In this document: positions 30,225 through 39,741 of the stretch, one piece after another
Layout of the letters: every line of letters begins with the position of its first letter
How positions within the stretch are numbered: the stretch's first letter is position 1
The notes under the pieces: model-generated
The model's database searches: none
The model's input: only the letters and a program-made list of their open reading frames with translations
What the model was told of the DNA's origin: nothing
Translations under genes and position numbers: made by a program
Origin: Clostridia bacterium
Lineage (GTDB): Bacteria; Bacillota; Clostridia; RUG12999
Assembly (NCBI GenBank): GCA_017396395.1
Contig: JAFQMF010000014.1
Coordinates: 71,421-135,420, forward strand
DNA: 64,000 nucleotides
Direction: 5' to 3'

Positions 30225-31280
30225 ATGAAAATTAAAAAAATTATTTCACTTATTGTAGCGTTATCGCTATCAAGCTTGATTTTTACAGGCTGTGGTAAAA
30301 AAACCAATGAGGAAATGGGCATACCGGGCAATAATGGTATGAATGAAAAATCATCCACATATGCCTTTCTGGCAAAAGATGTTCAGAATCCTTATATGCA
30401 AAAAGTTTATGAAGGCTTTAAAAATGCCTGTACAAAGGTAGGTGCAACACCTTTATACAAAGGACCCGAAACTGCAACACCTGAAAAACAAATTGAAATT
30501 ATAAATCAGCTGATTGCTCAGGGAGTTGCCGGAATCGCTGTTGCTGCAAATGACAAAGATGCTTTGATGCCTGCACTTAAAGAAGCTATGGATTCAGGAA
30601 TACAGGTTATTTCTCTTGATTCCGCTGTAAACAAAGATTCGAGGATGACTCATATTCAGCAGGCAGACCCTGAAAAAATCGGAAGAGGGCTTATTTCGTC
30701 AGCTTATGAAATGGTGAACGGGAATGGGGGCATAGCAGTTCTTTCTGCTGCCTCTACAGCTACAAACCAGAATTTATGGATTGAATGGATGAAAAAGGAA
30801 ATTAACGAAAATAAGGATAAGTATAAAAACACCCCTCTTGTAAAGGTTGCATACGGTGATGATGACCCTACAAAATCCACTTCTGAAACCCAGGCACTTT
30901 TGCAAAATTCACAGGTCAAGGTTATTATTGCACCCACAACAGTTGGTATGCTTGCGGCAGGTAAAGTGTTGCAGGATAAAAAATCAAATGTAAAGCTTAC
31001 CGGTCTTGGACTTCCCTCTGAAATGGCACCGTTTATTGAAGATGGAACTTGTCCCTGGATGTACCTTTGGAATCCTGTAGATATCGGTAACCTTGCCGGA
31101 TATACATTAGATGCTCTTGTAAAAAAGAAAATTACAGGTAAAAATGGAGATAAGTTTGATGCAGGGGAATTAGGAGAAAAAACTGTAACAGAAGCAATTG
31201 ACGGAGGAACAGAAGTACTTTTAGGAGATCCGTATAAGTTTGATAAAAATAATATTGCACAGTGGAAAGAAGTTTATTAA
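30225..31280 (+). CDS. Sugar ABC transporter substrate-binding lipoprotein (type I periplasmic-binding fold)
   Basis: Lipobox LIFTGCGKK. The operon order ATPase-permease-permease-SBP resembles lsrACDB- or rhamnose-type systems; the substrate cannot be determined from sequence. Confidence 0.8.
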   Translation: MKIKKIISLIVALSLSSLIFTGCGKKTNEEMGIPGNNGMNEKSSTYAFLAKDVQNPYMQKVYEGFKNACTKVGATPLYKGPETATPEKQIEIINQLIAQGVAGIAVAANDKDALMPALKEAMDSGIQVISLDSAVNKDSRMTHIQQADPEKIGRGLISSAYEMVNGNGGIAVLSAASTATNQNLWIEWMKKEINENKDKYKNTPLVKVAYGDDDPTKSTSETQALLQNSQVKVIIAPTTVGMLAAGKVLQDKKSNVKLTGLGLPSEMAPFIEDGTCPWMYLWNPVDIGNLAGYTLDALVKKKITGKNGDKFDAGELGEKTVTEAIDGGTEVLLGDPYKFDKNNIAQWKEVY

Positions 31281-31295
31281 AAAATAGGGAATATA

Positions 31296-31332
31296 TAAAA
31301 AATCCTGAATGCAAAAGCATTCAGGATTTTTG
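31296..31332 (+). terminator. Rho-independent terminator
   Basis: aatcctgaatgc-aaaa-gcattcaggatt followed by T-rich sequence. Confidence 0.6.
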
Positions 31333-31586
31333 GCTATAGGCTACAAAAAAGATATTTTCGGCAGTTTTGCGTATAAATTTGAACTTTCATAAATGTTGCG
31401 AAGCAACACATCATTAACGAAGTGACTTCATTAGCGTAGCGGCACCATCTTCCCGAAGGGAACGCTTTATTGAAAAACGACAAGTTTCTTTCGAAACTTG
31501 TCGTTTTCTGGCAAATGACCGCAATTTTCATAAAAGGTACATAGGCGGTATTTTTGCACCCCCATTGCAAATTGGAATTTGTTGAA

Positions 31587-32177
31587 TTATTTTCTGCTTA
31601 CAATAATGTGTGCGTTATCGATTTCAATTGTTTTTACAATCGACATTGAGGTTGCACCTATGAGCGATGTTATATTATCGAGAGTGTCAGGATACACCTT
31701 GATTTTGCGAGTTCCCATATCAATATATTCGCTTTGGTTCTTATCAATAGATAAGCAAAAGATGCCGTTATCCTTTAACAAATTAACAATCTTTGTAATA
31801 ACAGCTGCTTTGTTTTCAAAGTGCATCATTGTGAGGGAAGAATATATAACATCGAATGTTTCGTCAAATTCGTGACTATTAAAATCGCTGCATACGAAAG
31901 AAATATTGCCGTATTCTTTTAGGTTGTCTTTTGCTCTCTCAATGGTTTTGGGCGAAATATCAATCCCTGTCATTTTTAAGCAGCACGGAGCAACCTTAAC
32001 AGCAATTCTTCCTGTACCTATACCGATTTCCAAAACTGATTTATCTTTAGAAAGCTCCAACGCTTCTAAAAACGGCACTCCATCCCATTTGCTCATATAT
32101 TCTTGTAAAACGGGGAGATCACGTAAGGGATCGTTTTGTTCTTCTATCAACAAATCATAATGATCGATTACATCCAT
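31587..32177 (-). CDS. Class I SAM-dependent methyltransferase
   Basis: VLEIGIGTGRIAV (motif I) and DVIYSSLTMMHF. Start set at MDVIDHYD, which has a GAGGTAG RBS. The track's upstream ATG overlaps the predicted -35. Confidence 0.7.
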   Translation of the reverse strand: MDVIDHYDLLIEEQNDPLRDLPVLQEYMSKWDGVPFLEALELSKDKSVLEIGIGTGRIAVKVAPCCLKMTGIDISPKTIERAKDNLKEYGNISFVCSDFNSHEFDETFDVIYSSLTMMHFENKAAVITKIVNLLKDNGIFCLSIDKNQSEYIDMGTRKIKVYPDTLDNITSLIGATSMSIVKTIEIDNAHIIVSRK

Positions 32178-32220
32178 AGCAACTACCTCTGTCAAATTCT
32201 TATTTATTGTATCGACGATT

Positions 32221-32249
32221 ATTATACAACAAAAATTTATATTTTTCAA
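32221..32249 (-). promoter_or_regulatory. sigma-A promoter on the minus strand (TTGAAA - 17 nt - TATAAT) for the methyltransferase gene
   Basis: Reverse complement read directly. Confidence 0.45.
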
Positions 32250-32290
32250 GAAAATAACCCCAACTTTTTATCAAAGTTAGGGTTATTTGA

Positions 32291-32366
32291 TGGCTGGGAT
32301 AGAAGGATTCGAACCTCCGAAATGCGTGGGTCAGAGCCACGTGCCTTACCGCTTGGCGATATCCCA
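32291..32366 (-). tRNA. tRNA-Gln (anticodon CTG)
   Basis: Reverse complement TGGGATATCGCCAAGCGGTAAGGCACGTGGCTCTGACCCACGCATTTCGGAGGTTCGAATCCTTCTATCCCAGCCA. U1:A72, G73 discriminator, anticodon loop CTCTGAC, TTCGAAT T-loop, CCA encoded. It is flanked upstream by a consensus promoter and downstream by a hairpin with a T-run. Confidence 0.85.
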
Positions 32367-32395
32367 ATATGTATTTTTCAAAATCAACATTACAT

Positions 32396-32424
32396 ATTAT
32401 ACTATAAAAAAAGCAGTATGTCAA
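32396..32424 (-). promoter_or_regulatory. Consensus sigma-A promoter (TTGACA - 17 nt - TATAAT) for tRNA-Gln
   Basis: Reverse complement cttgacatactgctttttttatagtataat. Confidence 0.55.
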
Positions 32425-32437
32425 GAGTTATTTAAAA

Positions 32438-32470
32438 AAAGAGGGATATTTTTTTAAATATCCCTCTTAA
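32438..32470 (-). terminator. Terminator hairpin downstream of the lipoprotein gene
   Basis: aagagggatattt-ttttaa-atatccctctt. It has a T-run on the minus strand. Confidence 0.6.
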
Positions 32471-32478
32471 TACAAGTA

Positions 32479-33225
32479 TTATACTTTATTGCCATTTTGG
32501 TCAAATACAAAGTAGCCGGGGTTTTCCTTTGCCAACTTTACCGCATTATCATATGATTTAAATGCACCAAGCTGTGATTTTGCATCATCTGCAGATTTAC
32601 GAACTCTGTATATGATTTCACTATCGGTATTTTGGGTATTTTCTGAAGGCTCTTGGTCAGGGGTTTCATCCGTTTTTGCAGAGTCTTCTTTATTTTGGGT
32701 AGAATTATTTTTATCAAGCTTTGAAAGTCTGTAGGTAAGAAAATCAAATTCTTCTTTCTGTTCTATAGTTAAATTAATACCCTCTAATTCATTTACAAGC
32801 TCATATGCAATTTCCAAATCATTGTCGTTTATAGCAGTACGCAGGTTGCTCAGCTTGTTTTCAATGTATTTATTGTTTACACTTCCATTTTCTACGTTAT
32901 TAATAAGGTTTTGAATTTCCTTACTAAACGGATATCCGTGATAGTCATATTCTAATGAATCTAAAATATCATAAGCCTTATCTGTATCACCTTTTTCATA
33001 AGCTTCGCTTGCGGATATATAAGCTCTTAAAACTTCAGCGGTGGCAATAACCTTATCTGGGGCATCACCTGTTTTGATAGCTTTATCGAAATATGTTAAA
33101 GCGAGGGAATATTCCCCTTCGGAAACATATTTGTTTCCGGCAGCAATATCAGCTTTTAAGTTACTGCACCCAATTAAGGAAACAATGAGTACATTTATAA
33201 GTAAAAAGAACAGTACTTTTTTCAT
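32479..33225 (-). CDS. Lipoprotein with a TPR-like helical N-region, acidic low-complexity linker and SPOR-like C-terminal domain
   Basis: Lipobox LIGCSN. C-terminal YRVRKSADDAKSQLGAFKSYDNAVKLAKENPGYFVF resembles septal peptidoglycan-binding SPOR domains. Confidence 0.55.
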   Translation of the reverse strand: MKKVLFFLLINVLIVSLIGCSNLKADIAAGNKYVSEGEYSLALTYFDKAIKTGDAPDKVIATAEVLRAYISASEAYEKGDTDKAYDILDSLEYDYHGYPFSKEIQNLINNVENGSVNNKYIENKLSNLRTAINDNDLEIAYELVNELEGINLTIEQKEEFDFLTYRLSKLDKNNSTQNKEDSAKTDETPDQEPSENTQNTDSEIIYRVRKSADDAKSQLGAFKSYDNAVKLAKENPGYFVFDQNGNKV

Positions 33226-33275
33226 ATTAACCCTTCTTTCGACAAATTATTCTTTATAATTTCACTATATAATAA

Positions 33276-33312
33276 AAGGATGCAATTGTCAATATATTGC
33301 ATCCTTTTTTAA
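33276..33312. terminator. Bidirectional hairpin terminator
   Basis: aggatgcaat-tgtcaatat-attgcatcct flanked by A and T runs. Confidence 0.5.
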
Positions 33313-33327
33313 TATAATTGTAAAATA

Positions 33328-33504
33328 TCAGTTTAAGCTTTTGTCGGGTACTATTATACCAAGCTGAGCTTTTAAATTAGCTTTAAATGAATCAATATAC
33401 TCTCGCCTGAGAGTATCCTGCTCCGCTTTTTCTTCAGGGGTAAGACCATATTCTTTTGCTTTTTTTGCAAGAAAGTTTATTCGCTCTATCTTTTTTTGTT
33501 CCAT
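33328..33504 (-). CDS. DUF896 (UPF0291/YnzC-like) small protein, 58 aa (not in ORF track)
   Basis: Manual translation MEQKKIERINFLAKKAKEYGLTPEEKAEQDTLRREYIDSFKANLKAQLGIIVPDKSLN. RBS AAAGGAA. The conserved EEEKxEQ..LR.EYI motif matches the YnzC family. Confidence 0.65.
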   Translation of the reverse strand: MEQKKIERINFLAKKAKEYGLTPEEKAEQDTLRREYIDSFKANLKAQLGIIVPDKSLN

Positions 33505-33516
33505 ACTGATTCCTTT

Positions 33517-33975
33517 CTATTTATGGTAAGCAGTTCCTTCAATAATAGTAAAGGCTCTGTAAACCTGTTCAAGTAAAATTACACGCATAAGCTGATGGGG
33601 AAAAGTCATGGGAGAAAAGCTGAGCTTGAAATTCCCCATATCTTTTACTTCAGCAGAAAGTCCGTCTGAGCCGCCGATTATAAAAGTAATTTCACTAATT
33701 CCGCCATTTGCAAGCTCTGAAAATTTATCCGCAAGGGCAGGGGAGGAAAGCAGTTTTCCTTCAATACAAAGAGGTATTATAAAACTGCCTTTTGGCATAA
33801 CCTTAATAATTTCTTTTCCTTCTTTTTCAATATCCTGTTTGTTTCCGCCTTTACTCTCAGAAAGCTCTTTTATTGTTATTTTACCAAATCGGCCAAGACG
33901 TTTTATGTATTCATTACAGGCATCCTTATAAAATTTTTCTTTTAAGTTTCCTACACAAATTACAGTAATATTCAA
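33517..33975 (-). CDS. rlmH: 23S rRNA (pseudouridine1915-N3)-methyltransferase RlmH (TTG start)
   Basis: 152 aa SPOUT methyltransferase. MNITVICVGNLKEKFY... and FIIGGSDGL motif. Confidence 0.85.
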   Translation of the reverse strand: MNITVICVGNLKEKFYKDACNEYIKRLGRFGKITIKELSESKGGNKQDIEKEGKEIIKVMPKGSFIIPLCIEGKLLSSPALADKFSELANGGISEITFIIGGSDGLSAEVKDMGNFKLSFSPMTFPHQLMRVILLEQVYRAFTIIEGTAYHK

Positions 33976-34029
33976 ATTATCACTTCCGTAAATATGACCG
34001 CAGAAAAATCCCCTGCGGTCATAAAATTT

Positions 34030-36750
34030 CTACATATTTAAAAGCGTTTCTTTTACCTTGCTGAGCATATCTTTATACATAGCAAGCTTATTCTTTTCTT
34101 CTTCAATAACGTTTGCAGGAGCCTTTGAAACAAAACCTTGATTATTAAGTTTGCCTTCACAACGTTTAACTTCTCCTTCAAGTCTTGCCTCTTCCTTTTT
34201 CAGACGAGCAATTTCTTCTTCTTTATTTACAAGCTCATCAAGAGGAATTGCAATTTCTGCACTGTCAATTACAACAGTAATTGCAGAGGAAGGAACAGTT
34301 GCTTTATCGTTGGTAATTTCCACCTCAGAGGCAGAACAAAGCTTTGTATAGAAGCTTTCCCCTGCGGCAAACACATCAGCAAGGTCAGTTATAATAATAA
34401 GCTTTGCTTTTTTAGAATTGGGAACATTTTTCTCTGTTCGGATATTTCTTACAGCTTTAATTGCACCCTTGATTTTTTCAAGATTTGCAGCGTCCTTTTC
34501 AAAGGAAAGCTTTTCATCATATACAGGCCATGAGGAAATCATAATGCTTTCTCCTTCGTGAGGAAGATGCTGCCAGATTTCTTCAGTAATAAATGGCATA
34601 AAGGGATGAAGAAGCTTCATTGTATTTGAAAGAACATAGCAAAGTACCTGCTGTGCAGTTTTTGCACTAAGGCTTTCCTTATCAAACAGTCTTGGTTTAA
34701 CAAGTTCTATATACCAGTCACAGAAATCATCCCAAAGGAAATCATAAAGATTAGAAACTGCAACACCAAGTTCAAACTTATCAAGATTATCTGTAACAGC
34801 TTTTACCACGTTATTATACTTTGTTAAAATCCACTTATCTTCCATTGTAAGATTTTTCTCTTCAGGAAGGATACAAGCATCTATATCTAAATTCATTAAT
34901 GTAAATCTTGATGCGTTCCATATTTTATTAGCAAAGTTTCTGCTGGCTTCAACAGTTTTAGAGCCTACAATTTTATTAACCTCAGGGTCAGGATTTTTGC
35001 CTGGAGCAACAGGAGGTTCATAGATTACAGGGAATCTCATATCGTTGCCGGGTGCAACACCTGTTACAAGAGTAAACCTAAGAGCATCAGCTCCATAAAG
35101 GTCTATTATCTGTAACGGGTCAACACCATTACCTTTTGACTTGGACATTTTTTCACCATTACCATCACGAACAAGACCGTGAATGAATACGTGCTTGAAG
35201 GGAACCTGTCCCATATGCTCAAGTCCTGAAAATACCATTCTTGCAACCCAGAAGAAAATAATATCATATCCTGTAACAAGTACATCTGTGGGATAGAAAT
35301 ATTCAAGCTCCTTTGTTTTTTCTGGCCAGCCAAGTGTAGAAAATGGCCAAAGAGCAGAGGAAAACCATGTATCAAGTACATCGTTGTCCTGATGAACTTT
35401 TCCACCACATTTAGGACATACTGTAATATCCTCTTTGGATACTGTAGTTTCTCCGCAGTCATCACAATAGAAAGCGGGAATTCTGTGTCCCCACCAAAGC
35501 TGACGGGAAATGCACCAGTCAAAAACACCTTCCATCCAATTATTAAAGGTTTTTGTAAATCTTTCGGGAACAAACTTAGTTTCGCCCTTTTTAACTGCTT
35601 TAAGTGAAGGCTCTGCAAGAGGAGGCATTTTTACAAACCACTGCTTTGATACAATAGGTTCAACTGTGCAACCACAACGGTAGCACTGACCTACATTGTG
35701 AGAGTGAGGCTCAATATTAACTAAAAGACCTTCAGCTTCAAGGTCAGCTACCATAGCTTTTCTTGCCTGATATCTGTCCATACCCTGATATTTTCCGCCA
35801 TACTCATTTATTGTTGCATCGTCATTTAATACCTTGATAATTTCAAGGTTGTGGCGTTTTCCTACTTCAAAGTCGTTAGGGTCGTGAGCAGGAGTGATTT
35901 TAACACAGCCTGTTCCAAATTCCTTATCAACATATTCGTCAGCAATAACGGGTATTTCTCTGCCCACTAAAGGAAGAATGAGGGTTTTTCCTACAAGGTC
36001 GGTATATCTTTCATCCTCAGGATGTACTGCAACCGCAGTATCGCCCAGAAGTGTTTCGGGACGTGTTGTGGCAATAACAATAAACTTATCAGAATCTTTG
36101 ATAGGATAATTAATATGCCAGAAATTGCCCTGTTGTTCAATATGTTCTACCTATTCGTTTGAAAGAGCAGTAATACAGTTGGGACACCAGTTAATAATAC
36201 GAGGGCACTGATAAATAAGACCTTTTTCATAAAGGTTAACAAATACCTCGCGAACGGCTTTAGAGCAACCTTCATCCATAGTAAAGCGTTCTCTTTCCCA
36301 GTCACAGGAAGAACCAAGCTTTTTAAGCTGATTTATAATTCTGCTGCCGTAATCTCTTTTCCAATCCCATACACGTTCTATAAATCTCTCTCTTCCAAGG
36401 TCATATCTTGTAAGACCTTCCTTGCGAAGCTCTGCTTCCACCTTAATCTGTGTAGCAATACCTGCGTGGTCTGTACCGGGCACCCAAAGGGTAGAATAAC
36501 CCTGCATTCTTTTATATCTGATTAATATATCCTGCAAGGTTTCGTCAAAGGCATGTCCCATATGAAGCTGACCGGTTACATTGGGAGGTGGAATAACTAT
36601 TGTAAAGGGTTTTTTATCTGGGTCAACCTCAGCATGAAAATACCCTTTATCTGTCCATGTTTTATAAATTCTGTCCTCAAATGAGGCAGGATTGTAGTTT
36701 TTATCAAGTCCTGTATTTTCCATTTTTATTTCCTTGCTTTTCTCTAACAA
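34030..36750 (-). CDS. valS: Valine--tRNA ligase, full length in one frame but interrupted by a single in-frame TAG at 36151-36153 (split into two ORFs in the track)
   Basis: The N-terminal 199 aa ([19 protein letters not shown] motif) and the C-terminal 645 aa (KMSKSKGN, coiled-coil tail) are in the same frame. The 183 nt between them translate without other stops as [49 protein letters not shown]..., which is conserved ValS sequence. Confidence 0.85.
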
Positions 36751-36774
36751 AAGCTTCCTTTCTAAACTTATTTA

Positions 36775-36951
36775 TTAATTAAAACCGCCTGTTTTATAAA
36801 GTGCCAGAAGGCTTACTATAGCCAAAAGAACACCTGCAATTTTCAATATTGTTGAAATATTATCATTTATTCCGAATTTTCCGCCCAAAGAGGGGACGAC
36901 ATATATGAGAGCAACACCTATAAAGGCTAAAATCCATAATAATATTTGCAT
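36775..36951 (-). CDS. Small hydrophobic membrane protein (58 aa; not in ORF track), likely co-transcribed with valS
   Basis: Manual translation MQILLWILAFIGVALIYVVPSLGGKFGINDNISTILKIAGVLLAIVSLLALYKTGGFN. AAGGA RBS. It lies 24 nt upstream of valS. Confidence 0.4.
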   Translation of the reverse strand: MQILLWILAFIGVALIYVVPSLGGKFGINDNISTILKIAGVLLAIVSLLALYKTGGFN

Positions 36952-36986
36952 TTTCCTTGTCTCTCCTTTTTAAAATTTACCATATA

Positions 36987-37015
36987 ATTTTACCATATTT
37001 CCCTTAAAAAGTCAA
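36987..37015 (-). promoter_or_regulatory. sigma-A promoter (TTGACT - 17 nt - TAAAAT) for the small-ORF-valS unit
   Basis: Reverse complement read directly. No T-box element lies between this promoter and valS. Confidence 0.4.
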
Positions 37016-37029
37016 TATATAAGGGGAAT

Positions 37030-38181
37030 TCATATTAAAAATGTTTCTTCCTTTTCTGTTTCTTCAAGAGAGTCTGCCATCTCAAGTCCGTTAAGTTTGT
37101 TTAAAATAGCTCTGGAGCGTACTCCTACCAATTTATCAAGGTCGTCACTTGCCTGAGAAATATGTGTCTGTGCCTTTGTTAAAACACCGCTAAAGTTTTC
37201 AAATTCCTTTTTTACTTTGGAAAGTGTCTGCCATACCTTTGCTGTACGCTTTTCTATAGATACGGTTTTAAATCCAAGCTGAAGACTGGTCAAAAGTGCA
37301 GTAAAGGTAGTGGGACCTGAAATTATAATATTGTATTTTTGCTGTAAAAGCTCCAAAAGACCATCTCTTCGTGCTACCTCGCAGTATAAACCTTCAATAG
37401 GTAAAAACATAATGGCATAATCTGTAGTGTAGGGAGGATTTATATATTTTTCCGAAATATCCATAGCACTTTTTTTTACTGCATTTTCTAATTCTTTAGC
37501 ACAAGCCTGAATACCTTCAGGATTATTGTCATATGCTTCAAGAAGTCTTGTATAGCTTTCTATGGGAAACTTTGAATCCACAGGAAGCAGAACAGTCTGG
37601 TCATTGGAGGGAAGCTTTACCGCAAATTCAACCTGTTGTCCGCTACCCTGTTTAATTACAGCATTTTTTATATATTGTTCAGAGGATAACATCTGACACA
37701 AAAGCCTTTCAAGCTGAAGCTCTCCCCATACACCTCTGTTTTTTACATTGGAGAAAATTTTTTTTAAATCACCCACGCCTGCAGCAAGAGTTTGCATTTC
37801 TCCAAGACCTTTATACACCTGCTCAAGCTGTTCGTTTACAGTTTTAAAGGATTCGCCAATACTTTTGTTTAAGGTTTCGTGAAGATTTTCGTCAACTGTT
37901 TTACGGATATTTTCAATGGATTTTTCGTTTTTTTCTTCAATTTGAGAAAGCTTATATTCTATTTTTCTGTTTTGTATTTCAAAACGGTTTTCCATAGACA
38001 TATTAAGTCTTGAAATGCTTTCTGAAAGCTCCTGACGATTTTTCAAGGACTGCTCGGCGTTTTCTTTCCTTTGAGTTATCAGTTCCTGGCGGATAGAGGA
38101 GTCGTTTTTTGGCATTTTTAATATTAAAATTATTAAAAGGATAATTGAAATTACACAAAGGGCAATAGATATGTAAACCAT
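37030..38181 (-). CDS. rmuC: DNA recombination protein RmuC
   Basis: 383 aa. N-terminal TM segment, long coiled-coil, and a C-terminal RmuC nuclease-like region (GVWGELQLERLL...). Confidence 0.8.
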   Translation of the reverse strand: MVYISIALCVISIILLIILILKMPKNDSSIRQELITQRKENAEQSLKNRQELSESISRLNMSMENRFEIQNRKIEYKLSQIEEKNEKSIENIRKTVDENLHETLNKSIGESFKTVNEQLEQVYKGLGEMQTLAAGVGDLKKIFSNVKNRGVWGELQLERLLCQMLSSEQYIKNAVIKQGSGQQVEFAVKLPSNDQTVLLPVDSKFPIESYTRLLEAYDNNPEGIQACAKELENAVKKSAMDISEKYINPPYTTDYAIMFLPIEGLYCEVARRDGLLELLQQKYNIIISGPTTFTALLTSLQLGFKTVSIEKRTAKVWQTLSKVKKEFENFSGVLTKAQTHISQASDDLDKLVGVRSRAILNKLNGLEMADSLEETEKEETFLI

Positions 38182-38272
38182 ATGTTACCTCCTATAAAAT
38201 ACTACCACAAATAGTATATCATTACCAGAATAAAAAGTCAAACAAAAAACGACGGATTTATCCGTCGTTTTA

Positions 38273-39076
38273 CTAAAAGTTCACTTTTTTTCTGCCTTCC
38301 TTGCTAAGGAGGATATGGTACTTAAATCCGCAGGCTTTAGCAAGGTTTTCTGCATCATTATAACCAAAATCGAGAAAATCCTTGTTATGACAATCAGAAT
38401 TAATACATATTTCTCCTCCATACTGTTTAATAAGCTTCAGTAAGTTTTTGGAAGGATAGGGAGTAGTGCGTTTTCCTCTTGCCATAGCCCCTGTGTTTAT
38501 TTCAAAGGGCACATCAAAGGTGCATAAAATTTTAATATATTTTTCTGCTATTTTAAGATATTTTTCGGTTTCGGGAATATTATGGGTTTCGCAGAATTTC
38601 ATTAAAAGGTCAATATGACCTATAATGTCAGGCTGAATTTTTTCTACTGCAGTTACAAGAGTTTGAAAATAATCCTCAGCATAATTTTCAAAGCTTTCAT
38701 TATAGTAATTTTTTATAATGGCTGCCTGACTTTCTGCTGATTCATCCACTGACAAATATTCTCCGTTTTTTTTAGTATAATGCACAGAGGCAATAGTATA
38801 ATCGGGGGTGATTTCGGGCTTGCTGGAATATAAATCCATTTCAAGACCGCAGAGTATTTCCATTTTTCCTTTGTACTTTTCCTTAAGTATTGATATTTCA
38901 GCAAAATATCTTTTTTGGTCTTCCTTTGACATAGAATAAAATTCCACATCTCCGTGAGCGTGTCCCGAAAATCCCAAAGAGATAAAATTTAAAGAATATG
39001 CTTTTTCTGCCATTTCTAAAGGAGAGTTTAAACCGTCACAAAAATGGGTATGAGTATGAAAATTACTTTTAATCAT
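38273..39076 (-). CDS. hisK: Histidinol-phosphatase (PHP family)
   Basis: NFHTHTHFCDG PHP metal-binding motif. Last gene of the his cluster. Confidence 0.8.
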   Translation of the reverse strand: MIKSNFHTHTHFCDGLNSPLEMAEKAYSLNFISLGFSGHAHGDVEFYSMSKEDQKRYFAEISILKEKYKGKMEILCGLEMDLYSSKPEITPDYTIASVHYTKKNGEYLSVDESAESQAAIIKNYYNESFENYAEDYFQTLVTAVEKIQPDIIGHIDLLMKFCETHNIPETEKYLKIAEKYIKILCTFDVPFEINTGAMARGKRTTPYPSKNLLKLIKQYGGEICINSDCHNKDFLDFGYNDAENLAKACGFKYHILLSKEGRKKVNF

Positions 39077-39077
39077 A

Positions 39078-39737
39078 CTATTTCTTTTTACCTGTCATTT
39101 TTTCTTGTTTTACTTTATGGTCAATAATATGTCTTGAATCAAGCTCCTGTCTGATTTCGTCCGGAGTTATACCCATTTCTGCCATAAGCACTAAAACGTG
39201 GTATGCAAGGTCAGCAATTTCATAAATAGTTTCTTTTTTGTCGTTTGATTTGGCGGCAATAATAACCTCGGTAGATTCTTCGCCCACTTTTTTTAGAATT
39301 TTATCAATTCCCTTCTGGAAAAGATAGGTAGTATAAGAACCTTCAGGAAGGTCTTTTTTTCTGCCCTTTAAAAGCTCAAACAAGGAATCTATTGAATATC
39401 CGGAAAAGTTCCTTTCCTGCCAGATGGGATTTTCAAAACATGAATCTGTACCAAGATGACAGGCGGGGCCTTCCTTTTCTACTAGTATAACAAGGGCATC
39501 CTTATCACAATCGGCAACAATGGATACAATTTTCTGATAATTTCCGCTGGTTTCTCCTTTAAGCCAAAGCTTTCCTCTTGAACGGCTGAAGAAACAGGTC
39601 TTTCCTTTCTTTATGGAAATTTTAAGGCTTTCTCTGTTCATATAAGCAAGAGTTAAAACTTTTTTTGTTATTGCATCTACAACAATAGCAGGAATAAGAC
39701 CGTTTCCGTCAAACTTAAGTTCATCAATATTAATCAT
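39078..39737 (-). CDS. hisI: Bifunctional phosphoribosyl-AMP cyclohydrolase/phosphoribosyl-ATP pyrophosphatase
   Basis: HisI region [19 protein letters not shown]..., then HisE region with EExxE-type NTP-pyrophosphatase helices. Confidence 0.85.
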   Translation of the reverse strand: MINIDELKFDGNGLIPAIVVDAITKKVLTLAYMNRESLKISIKKGKTCFFSRSRGKLWLKGETSGNYQKIVSIVADCDKDALVILVEKEGPACHLGTDSCFENPIWQERNFSGYSIDSLFELLKGRKKDLPEGSYTTYLFQKGIDKILKKVGEESTEVIIAAKSNDKKETIYEIADLAYHVLVLMAEMGITPDEIRQELDSRHIIDHKVKQEKMTGKKK

Positions 39738-39741
39738 TTTT

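Noticed and set aside
31334-31570. 78-aa minus-strand ORF (MQWGCKNTAYVPF…) in the convergent intergenic island
   Set aside because: It has no RBS and is cysteine-rich and low-complexity. It lies between two terminators and is more likely non-coding. The region itself is kept as a low-interest finding.
36151-36153. Interpreting the valS TAG as pyrrolysine or reassigned-code usage
   Set aside because: TAG terminates at least three other genes in this window. The position corresponds to a conserved Glu reachable by one substitution (GAG to TAG). No pyl genes are in the window. Error or mutation is more parsimonious, but this is kept as a finding.
36752-37029. Expected T-box leaders upstream of valS and of pheS (60995-61266)
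   Set aside because: I searched both leaders for the T-box core (AGGGTGGNACCGCG) and specifier/antiterminator architecture and found none. The valS upstream region encodes a small ORF instead, and the pheS leader is only ~40 nt.
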